Assembly: GCA_045106895.1 (NCBI GenBank)
Contig: JBGCFM010000142.1
Location: 1-42,760 of the forward strand
Source of the DNA: Polyangiales bacterium
GTDB taxonomy: Bacteria > Myxococcota_A > Polyangia > Polyangiales > Houyiibacteriaceae
Direction: 5' to 3'
DNA: 42,760 bases
In this document: positions 8,598-16,171 of the stretch, in pieces
Numbering within the stretch: position 1 is the first letter of the stretch
Layout: every line of letters begins with the position of its first letter
Position numbers and translations under genes: made by a program
Notes under the pieces: generated by a model
Seen by the model: the letters and a program-made list of their open reading frames with translations, nothing else
Database searches by the model: none
What the model was told of the DNA's origin: nothing

Positions 8598-9598
8598 TCA
8601 GACGGGCTCTCGTAGCCGACCCACAACGCTACGGACATGAGGCCGGAGGACCAGAACTCGGTCCCATTTAGCGTTGCGTCGGCGCCAGCGAGGCCAACAG
8701 AGGCTCCGACGTAAAGACGTAGGGCCCCGGCGCTGCCGCGGACGACGTCGACGCCGGCTTCTAAGTCCACGCTCGCGAAGGGCGCTGAGTTGGACGAGTC
8801 GCCGGCAAGCTGCGCACGAAGAGCGCCGGCCGTGATGCCGGCGCAGACGCTCCAGGCTTGGAAGCGTCGGCACGCGTCCGCGCCGCCCCCGACGCGGATC
8901 AATCGCAAGTCCGGCGAGACGCCAAGGACAGGTTGAACCCGAGCCTGTGGGCTCATGCCGAACGCGACGCGGGCGCGCACGGACCACGGCCCTCGTTGCG
9001 CGAAGAAGAGCCCACGCCCGCCAACGTAGGCGTCGCCGCCGGTGTCGAAACGAAGGCCCGCAGCGAGACCGCCTCCGAGTCGCCAGGTGGGTTCGTCCGC
9101 CGGGTGATTGTCGACTGCGTCGACAGTGTCGACAGTGTCGACTGGTTGGGCCGTCGGCGTAGCGAGTGGGACAGGCGCTGGAGCGATGGGCGCCGGGGTC
9201 GGCCTCGCTTGTGGAATCTCGGCGACGAGGGACGCCAGCGAAGCCGCCACTTCTTCCATCAGCTCGGGACAGCTCGGGTTGCGAAACGCGCGTTGGCTGA
9301 GCTCGCCGCTCTCGCCGATGATGTGGAGCGTTGCGTTGCTCTCGCCTTCGGCGGAGCGAATCTCGAGGCGAAAGAGCGCGAGGCCGCTACCGAAGGGGTC
9401 ATCTCCAAGGCGCGCTGCGACGAGGTCACGGAAGAGCGCCTCGTCGCCGCAGTGCTCGGGTGCGTTGAAGGAAAGGCGTGGACCTTCGCCTTGTGCGTCC
9501 GGTGCGCCCTGCTCTTCTTGTGCACCGGCGGCGCTTGAGCCGAGCCAGAGGCCAAACGCCGCACCGAATATCGCCCAGAGCTTCACATGCGGACCCAT
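8594..9598 (-). CDS. Exported protein, probable C-terminal beta-barrel; first gene of the ECF module
   Basis: Signal peptide (..SSAAGA/QEE), CGDEALFRDLVAARLG...CPELMEEVA domain, Pro linker, Gly/aromatic beta-strands; overlaps the sigma start. Confidence 0.72.
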   Translation of the reverse strand: MGPHVKLWAIFGAAFGLWLGSSAAGAQEEQGAPDAQGEGPRLSFNAPEHCGDEALFRDLVAARLGDDPFGSGLALFRLEIRSAEGESNATLHIIGESGELSQRAFRNPSCPELMEEVAASLASLVAEIPQARPTPAPIAPAPVPLATPTAQPVDTVDTVDAVDNHPADEPTWRLGGGLAAGLRFDTGGDAYVGGRGLFFAQRGPWSVRARVAFGMSPQARVQPVLGVSPDLRLIRVGGGADACRRFQAWSVCAGITAGALRAQLAGDSSNSAPFASVDLEAGVDVVRGSAGALRLYVGASVGLAGADATLNGTEFWSSGLMSVALWVGYESPSE

Positions 9599-9762
9599 AG
9601 CACGAACAAAACGATCGACATGTGCCGCCTATTCAGCCTTGAACGACGATCGCAGAAAGAAAGTGCACTCGCCATGGCAAGAAATCACCGCGGCACACAA
9701 ACCCAAGGTGGAGGAGGTCACAAGACTGCCTCTGCACAGCTTACACCTTGGAGTTTTTTCTT

Positions 9763-10464
9763 ATGTCTCGACGCCTTCGCGCTCTCTCCCCGCTCTTCGT
9801 ATTCTTGCTGGCTTGTGGCGCTGACCCCGACGCGCTGGATCGCGCCGGTCCTGAGAGCCTCGCCGGCGTGGGCTGGCGTGGAGACGTCTTTGATACTGGA
9901 GATGTGACGATTCAGCCGACGCTGACCTTCTCTGAGACGAGCGTCAGCATCGCCAACCAGTGCACCGGTGGCGGGGCGGAACTGCGCGCCGAGGCCGTCG
10001 CGCCCATTCGCTATCACTACACCGTCGACACCGAAGCGCAGCGCGCCGGCGATGAGTCCTGTTTTGTTGAGGTCGGCGCAGGTCGTTCGTCCTTCGAGGT
10101 CGTCGGTGGACGCCTCGAGTGGGTGTACATGGGTGAGCGCGTGACCTTCGATGCGGCGGGCCCCGTCGCCGGTGTCTTCGGCGACTGGACCCACGAGAAC
10201 GAAGTGGGCCGGTTTCGTTTCTCCTTTGGCGGAGGGACCCTCTTGGTTTCCCTCGACTGTTTCAACGGCGCTTCGGCGTCGATGAGCGTCAACGCGACCT
10301 ACCGTTCGTACATCGACATCCTTGAGTCTGCAGCGGACGAAACGGTGGACGGTGGCCTGACCTGCAACGCTTCGGTGCAAGCCGGAAACGACATCGAATA
10401 TCGCTTCGAAGGGGACACACTAATTATGGTCTTCGACGGCCAAGACGTGCGCTTCGAACCATAA
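9763..10464 (+). CDS. Hypothetical lipoprotein with two internal repeats
   Basis: MSRRLRALSPLFVFLLAC lipobox; two similar beta-rich halves. Confidence 0.75.
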   Translation: MSRRLRALSPLFVFLLACGADPDALDRAGPESLAGVGWRGDVFDTGDVTIQPTLTFSETSVSIANQCTGGGAELRAEAVAPIRYHYTVDTEAQRAGDESCFVEVGAGRSSFEVVGGRLEWVYMGERVTFDAAGPVAGVFGDWTHENEVGRFRFSFGGGTLLVSLDCFNGASASMSVNATYRSYIDILESAADETVDGGLTCNASVQAGNDIEYRFEGDTLIMVFDGQDVRFEP

Positions 10465-10506
10465 AATGCCGCGCTCAAAGAGAGCGCTCGTGTACCCTGC
10501 CCAGCG

Positions 10507-12300
10507 ATGTCGCTTGGAACGATTGGACGCTATGAGCTCCTGACGGAGATCGCGTCCGGCGGCATGGCGACGGTCTACGCGGCGCGGGTGAGAGGGGCAC
10601 AAGGCTTCGAGAAGCTTGTGGCGCTCAAGCGAATGCTACCGTCCATCAGCGCGGACTCGGAGTTCCAGAAGATGTTCTTGGATGAGGGCCGACTCGCGGC
10701 GCACATTCGGAGCTCCTACGTCGTGTCGACGTTTGACCTCCAGCGCCACGACGACGGTTCGCTCTACCTGGTGATGGATCTGGTTATCGGCGCGAGCCTT
10801 GCGTACATCCTGCACGGGAGCGCCGGCGCGCCACTCCCCGTTCCTGCGGTGCTGCAGATCATTCAACACGCCGCGCGTGGCCTCCACGACGCACACGAAG
10901 CGAGCTCCGCAATGGGGCAAGCGCTTCACATCGTTCATCGGGATATCAGCCCTCAGAACATATTGGTGGGGCTCGATGGCTCCACGCGCATTACCGACTT
11001 TGGCATCGCCCAGGCCGAGGAGCGCCTTGCCGCAAAGACCGGCGCGCGCTCCATCAAAGGCAAGCTCGCGTATTTCTCTCCGGAGCAAGCGCGTGGCGAG
11101 CATGTCGATGGCCGGAGTGATCTCTTTTCCCTCGGCATCGTGCTCTGGGAGACGTTGACTCAGCGCCGGCTTTTTCACCGGGGAGACGCTCGCGAGACGT
11201 TGTCCGCCGTCGTCGGGGCTTCGATTCCGGACCCCCGTACGTTTCGGCCTGGCCTCACGCCGGAGCTCGCCGCGCTCGTCATGAAGGCCCTCGAGCGAGA
11301 CCCCGCGGAGCGCTTTCAAACCGGCCTCGCGTTTGCGGAGGCGCTGACGAAGGTCTCCGTTCAAGCTCAGGCGAGCGACGTTCAGGCGCTTGTTCACACG
11401 TATGCGAGTAACGCCGTGGACCCCATGGTGGCTGCTCTTCGACACGCGATCCGAAGCGCTCAGCCGTCTGGCGCGGCGGCGAAGAATGGCGAGCATGCCG
11501 GCATTCGTGTCACCACCTTGGCCACCGCGATGATGAAAAAGATCGACACGGGTCAGCTTCGCGCGGCGAATGTGACTGGGCCGCTCTTGGCGCCGAACGA
11601 AGACCTCGTACGGTGGCACGGGCAAGAGCCAGAGGCGCAGGCGCCGGCGAAGAAGCGGCCCCGCGTACGCGATCCGAAGCTTGAGGTTCGTTCCAAGCGC
11701 TACGCGCTGATGGCGCTCATTCTGGGCGTGCTCGTCGCGATCGCAGCGGGGTCATTGCTGGCGTTGATCGCGGGGGAGTCGACCCCGGATGTCGGTGCCG
11801 TTCAACCGCCGGGAGTCCTTCCGTCGCCGGGTCACCCGGAGCAAGCCGAGGACCTTGGCGCAGCCATCGCTGAGGAAGCCGCCGCGGCGACTCGTTTCAT
11901 TGAAGGTCTGGGCAACGCGCCGGCGTCTCCGCCTTCGCCTTCGCCTTCGCCGTCTCCACCGCTGCCCCCGCCGGCTCCGGTGGAGGACTCTGAACCCGCC
12001 GCCGAAGCTCCAATCGCAGAGCGGGCGGAGACGCTTCGCGGCGTCGAGTGCTGGCCGTTCCGCGGGCATCGGCGCCAGATCCCGCCCGGGGTCGTCGAGG
12101 TTCTCGAATACCATCTCTCGAACGTCCAATGTCCGCCAGAGGCTCACCGCTTCGGATTGGCTTTCGAAGATGGCGCGCTCGTGGACACCTTCAATCATGA
12201 CTCTGCTCGCCGCTCTCGTTGTTTTCGGGAGGGCATTCGGGAAGCGGCGGATCAGATCAGCGGGTTCTCCGGCGTGATCTACTGCCGTACGAGTGACTAA
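10507..12300 (+). CDS. Hanks-type Ser/Thr protein kinase, membrane-anchored
   Basis: IASGGMATVY, VALK, HRDISPQN, TDFGIA, KGKLAYFSPEQ, SDLFSLG; TM near residue 400; Pro-rich stalk and small Cys-containing C-terminal domain. Confidence 0.95.
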   Translation: MSLGTIGRYELLTEIASGGMATVYAARVRGAQGFEKLVALKRMLPSISADSEFQKMFLDEGRLAAHIRSSYVVSTFDLQRHDDGSLYLVMDLVIGASLAYILHGSAGAPLPVPAVLQIIQHAARGLHDAHEASSAMGQALHIVHRDISPQNILVGLDGSTRITDFGIAQAEERLAAKTGARSIKGKLAYFSPEQARGEHVDGRSDLFSLGIVLWETLTQRRLFHRGDARETLSAVVGASIPDPRTFRPGLTPELAALVMKALERDPAERFQTGLAFAEALTKVSVQAQASDVQALVHTYASNAVDPMVAALRHAIRSAQPSGAAAKNGEHAGIRVTTLATAMMKKIDTGQLRAANVTGPLLAPNEDLVRWHGQEPEAQAPAKKRPRVRDPKLEVRSKRYALMALILGVLVAIAAGSLLALIAGESTPDVGAVQPPGVLPSPGHPEQAEDLGAAIAEEAAAATRFIEGLGNAPASPPSPSPSPSPPLPPPAPVEDSEPAAEAPIAERAETLRGVECWPFRGHRRQIPPGVVEVLEYHLSNVQCPPEAHRFGLAFEDGALVDTFNHDSARRSRCFREGIREAADQISGFSGVIYCRTSD

Positions 12301-13034
12301 GCGAGAGCCGGCGGCGCGCTACGAGTCTGGCCCGGCCACTCTCCGTGTTGCGAAAGGGGAACGAAACGCATGGTGGTGAACTCGTAGTGAAAGGGCTTTC
12401 GTGCCCGCTCGATCATCGCCTCGCGGTGTTCCGCGCCGTCCGCCTCTTTGCGTTTTCCTCTCACCATGGCGCGCATCGCGTCTTCGCTTTCCCACACGCT
12501 GAAGGTGGAGAACTTGTTGAGCGGTCGAAAAGCGACGGCGCCGCGTTTGAGACCCGGGTGGTCACGCACTTGAGCTTCCACGGGCTTTCCAACGCGGGCA
12601 AAGCGGAGCGTCTGACTGAGCTTTAGGCGCGCGAGGGTCACCGCTGCGACGGGTCCTTCTGGGCTCTCGTGTTCGGTGTAGAGCTTGGCGTCGTCGAGGC
12701 CTGTAAAGCTCCCCCAGCGCCGATAGAAGCGCATTCGCATGTGCCAGGCCGGTCGCTGGAACACGCGATAGGGCGGCGCCTTGAGGAAGGCGTCGAGGTG
12801 GTCTTCGTCGTCCCAGAACGCGAAGAACACCAGCGAGTTCCAGTGGTAGCGCCCCGGCGAAGAGACCGCGTGACCCATCTTCATGTGCAAGAGACATTCG
12901 AAGTGACGCAGTCCCGCGACGCGACGCAGCGCCCGTGAAGAAAGAAGCCTCGCCGCGACGCTAAAGAACGGCGCTTGGATCACGTGGTAGCTGAACAGCT
13001 CCTTCGTTGTGGCTCTCTGTTGAATCTCGCCCAT
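12297..13034 (-). CDS. CrtA/DUF3291-like two-domain dimeric alpha/beta-barrel protein (monooxygenase-like)
   Basis: GLRHF...FFAFWDDEDHLDAF...WGSF...VAAVTLARLK...HPGL...FSTFSVWESEDAM...HREA...F.TMRFVPL...GEW follows the spheroidene monooxygenase-like pattern. Confidence 0.65.
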   Translation of the reverse strand: MGEIQQRATTKELFSYHVIQAPFFSVAARLLSSRALRRVAGLRHFECLLHMKMGHAVSSPGRYHWNSLVFFAFWDDEDHLDAFLKAPPYRVFQRPAWHMRMRFYRRWGSFTGLDDAKLYTEHESPEGPVAAVTLARLKLSQTLRFARVGKPVEAQVRDHPGLKRGAVAFRPLNKFSTFSVWESEDAMRAMVRGKRKEADGAEHREAMIERARKPFHYEFTTMRFVPLSQHGEWPGQTRSAPPALA

Positions 13035-13064
13035 GAACCCTTCAGTCTACATCGGCGCCAAGCG

Positions 13065-13895
13065 ATGACTGAAATTGATCTACTCCGCGGCCTTCTCCTC
13101 CTGGCTTTGGCCCTTGCGCCCCTCGGGACGCATCGTGTTCTTCTGCCGCCCACGCGGCTCGGCTCGGCGGCCCACGGGCTGGCGTTTCTGTGTGCGGCCG
13201 TCGGCTTGTTCTTCGTGCCGCCTCTGTGCGGAGTTTGGCTCCTCTACTGCGCCGGCAGCTTCGCGCACTTTCTCTGGCATCACCGGGCCTCGCTATCGTC
13301 GTCGCGAGCTGTAATCGGCTCGGTCCCATTCGTCTTCAGCAATATCGCCGCGCTCTGGCTCGTCGGCGGCGCCAACGATCTTGCGATCCTTGGATACGGG
13401 CCAACCTTTAGCTTCTATGCATCGGCGCACGGCAATATTCTCGGCTGGATGACCGTCGGCGCCATCGCGATCTTGGGAACTCAGAAGCGCCCCGGAGCAA
13501 AGCTCTACATCATCGCCGCCCTGGTTTGTTTTGCGTCGTTTCTGCTCGTCGCCGTTGGCATCGACGGCGTGATGGGCGCCAAACGCGTCGGTGTCGTGGG
13601 CCTGTCAGTCGCGATCCCCGTGGCTCAGCTCGTCTTTCTGCGGAGCGTCTGGCGCACGCACAAAGGTGCCTTTGTCTTGGGGTGCACGAGCTTCCTGGGC
13701 CTCGCCGCCACCTTCGTTCTCGCGTGGCAGTACGAGCTCGGCGCGCTTTCTTTTCCTGCCCTCGCCGGCGTCCGGCCCATGGTGTCGGTGCACGGCGTTA
13801 TCAACGGCGTCGTCGTCGCGCCGTGTTTCTTGCTGGCGGTGACGCTTGAGGCTCGCCGCCACTGCGAAGCGTCAGCGGCCCTAGAGAGTCGTTAG
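13065..13895 (+). CDS. YndJ-like multi-pass membrane protein
   Basis: About 8-9 TM segments; LGY...AH motif and C-terminal MVSVHGVING. Confidence 0.6.
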   Translation: MTEIDLLRGLLLLALALAPLGTHRVLLPPTRLGSAAHGLAFLCAAVGLFFVPPLCGVWLLYCAGSFAHFLWHHRASLSSSRAVIGSVPFVFSNIAALWLVGGANDLAILGYGPTFSFYASAHGNILGWMTVGAIAILGTQKRPGAKLYIIAALVCFASFLLVAVGIDGVMGAKRVGVVGLSVAIPVAQLVFLRSVWRTHKGAFVLGCTSFLGLAATFVLAWQYELGALSFPALAGVRPMVSVHGVINGVVVAPCFLLAVTLEARRHCEASAALESR

Positions 13896-15650
13896 GTACG
13901 CCACGAGGGCATCCTCTTCGCTCGCCGTGAACTCACCGCCGTGCACCAACGCTTCCCGCAACGTGGGCGCGCTCCCGTCGTGGAGAAAGGGCCCGCGCGT
14001 CGCGATGCCGAGTAAAGACGGAACCTGAAACGCTTCGCCGCCACCGACATCCACCGAGCGGTTGTCGGTGAAGTGGGAGCCGGCATGGCATCCAGCACAA
14101 GCGGCGTCTCCATCGAAGAGCGCCTGTCCGCGCGAGACGAGGGCGGCATCCGGCGTGGCGCTGGAGGTGAGGGATGGGAGCGTGTCGATCCATTCCGCAA
14201 TCAGCATCGTTTGCTCCTCTGTCGGAACGCTGCCTTGCATGCGCTCAACGAAGGCGCCCTGCATGATGTCGCTCATGTCTTCTTGGTCGCCGGACCAATG
14301 AAAAGGCGCGGTCTCCGAGAGGCCGCCGCGCAAAGACTGAGTGCGGCGCACCGTCGGCACGAAGTTCCAAGTGATGGAGTCGTCGTCTCCTTCGGGGTGG
14401 CACGACGCGCAGGCGACGAAGGAAGAGGTGCCCTGATGGAAGAGGTCTCTGCCCGCGTCTACAACGATGGGCGCGCCGGTGGAGACGACCTGAACCGCGT
14501 CGCCGTCCAAGACACGGAGCTCGCCGGAGCGCTGCCAGGCTACGACGCGGTCTCCGATGAGGCCGATGGACGTCATGGGAACTCCGCCGGTGCGGCTGTC
14601 GTAGTCCGCCGTGACGCAGTCCTCGTCCATCGCCAGAGAGAACACGCGGCGGATGCCCGTCGTGCGCACGAACTGATGCGCTCCGGCGCTTGCGAAGACG
14701 ACGCCGTCCCCGGCCAAGGCCATGTCTACCGTAAGAACGAAAGCCGTCATCGTCGGTCCGAGCGCGACGGGGCGCCCGGCTTCGATGTGGCTTAAGGCCG
14801 TGTCGACAACACCACCGGGGCCACACCGAGGGCTGCCGGAGTAGCCAGTGCTCATCACCTGCACCTCGGCTTCCGTGGAACGCTGATGCAAGAGCCGCAC
14901 GCCACCGTCAGGATCCGCGCGCATGCGCCATGCGGTGTTCGGCACTCCGGCCTCGGCGCCGGAGGGCGGACGGAGTCGCTCGATGAGCTCAAGGGTCTCT
15001 TCGTTCAACACGAGGACCTCGGCGCTTCGGAACACGCTGACGTAGATGACGCCGTCCGCGGCGATGACATCCCGAAGCCCGGGCTCGATGAAGCGTCGGG
15101 TCCACTCGGCACCCGCCATCGATACAAGGGACCCTCCCGCGCAAGCCACGAGGATGCGTGTATCCACGACGTCGACGCCGCGCGGCGCACCGCACACTTC
15201 GCGCTCTTCGTTCACGAAGCCGCGGTCCAGATCGACGCGTGCGATTCGGCCTGTGCCGCGCAGAACCACCAGCGCTTCATCACCCATGCCGACCACACGC
15301 CCCGGCTCGGAACCCGAAGGAAGCTCGATACGGTGCTCCAGGCGAGGCGCTCCGCGGAGGTCGTAGACCCAGATCATGTCGCGGTCCGGATCGCCCACGA
15401 CGACCCGCTCGCCAATGACCGCGAGCGTGCCGCCGCTGATCGGCGGAAGGCCCGTCCTGGTGACGGCGCCTGCGTCGAGGGAGGGCCCGACGTCGACGCC
15501 CGCATCGAAGGTGTCGTGTTCCGCGTCATGCGCTGCGTCGCTCACCGTGCCGGCGTCGAGTGTGCTGGCGTCGAATGTGCCGAGGTTCGCTTCGGACTCC
15601 GTCGTGCAGGCGACAAGAAGCAGCGCCGATGCCATGAGTCGAAGGTCCAC
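13881..15650 (-). CDS. Lipoprotein with beta-propeller and di-haem cytochrome c (CCP/MauG-like) domain
   Basis: LLLVAC lipobox; two CxxCH motifs (CASCH, CAGCH); RRTQSLRG, TAPFHWSG and VPSLLGI...GPFLHDGSAPTL motifs. Alternative start ATG 15635. Confidence 0.88.
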   Translation of the reverse strand: MDLRLMASALLLVACTTESEANLGTFDASTLDAGTVSDAAHDAEHDTFDAGVDVGPSLDAGAVTRTGLPPISGGTLAVIGERVVVGDPDRDMIWVYDLRGAPRLEHRIELPSGSEPGRVVGMGDEALVVLRGTGRIARVDLDRGFVNEEREVCGAPRGVDVVDTRILVACAGGSLVSMAGAEWTRRFIEPGLRDVIAADGVIYVSVFRSAEVLVLNEETLELIERLRPPSGAEAGVPNTAWRMRADPDGGVRLLHQRSTEAEVQVMSTGYSGSPRCGPGGVVDTALSHIEAGRPVALGPTMTAFVLTVDMALAGDGVVFASAGAHQFVRTTGIRRVFSLAMDEDCVTADYDSRTGGVPMTSIGLIGDRVVAWQRSGELRVLDGDAVQVVSTGAPIVVDAGRDLFHQGTSSFVACASCHPEGDDDSITWNFVPTVRRTQSLRGGLSETAPFHWSGDQEDMSDIMQGAFVERMQGSVPTEEQTMLIAEWIDTLPSLTSSATPDAALVSRGQALFDGDAACAGCHAGSHFTDNRSVDVGGGEAFQVPSLLGIATRGPFLHDGSAPTLREALVHGGEFTASEEDALVAYLTTL

Positions 15651-15750
15651 CGGAACAGTCTACCCCGGTGCGCGATTCAGAGGAAAGCGAGCGCGGGTCC
15701 AATTCGCCGCGTCCGTGTACGTACGAGAACGAAGCTGGTACCTCTTACGC

Positions 15751-16113
15751 ATGCTCCTCGCCAATGTGTCGACCATTCTCGGGCCTATCCTCGTCGCGTT
15801 CAGCATGTGGGCGTACGCCTACGACTGCTCCATCGAAGGCGTCCGCGGCGTTCAGGAGTTCCTCTACGCGGTACCGGCGCTCGCGGCTATCGCGGCCATC
15901 GTGGCGCAGCGCCGGGAGGGCTGGCTTTTGCCCGCGCGTTTCTTCGTTTTGCTCACGGCCTTCTTCGCGGTCTACTGCGCCGGCGCCCAAACCGGCGTGT
16001 ACTCCTCTTCTTCGCTCACAAGCCGCCCCTCGCTGCTTATCGCACTCATCGGGAGCGCGTGGACCTACGCTGCCTTGGATTCGCTGAAGCGCCCCGGAGC
16101 GAAAGAAGCCTAA
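15751..16113 (+). CDS. Small hypothetical membrane protein (about 4 TM)
   Basis: ATG 15751 MLLANVSTILGPILVAF; hydrophobic segments; fills the intergenic gap. Confidence 0.55.
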   Translation: MLLANVSTILGPILVAFSMWAYAYDCSIEGVRGVQEFLYAVPALAAIAAIVAQRREGWLLPARFFVLLTAFFAVYCAGAQTGVYSSSSLTSRPSLLIALIGSAWTYAALDSLKRPGAKEA

Positions 16114-16171
16114 ATCTGCTCGGCATCGATCCGCGGGTGAGTTCGCAAGAGCGCGTGGCGAGTGTATTCTC

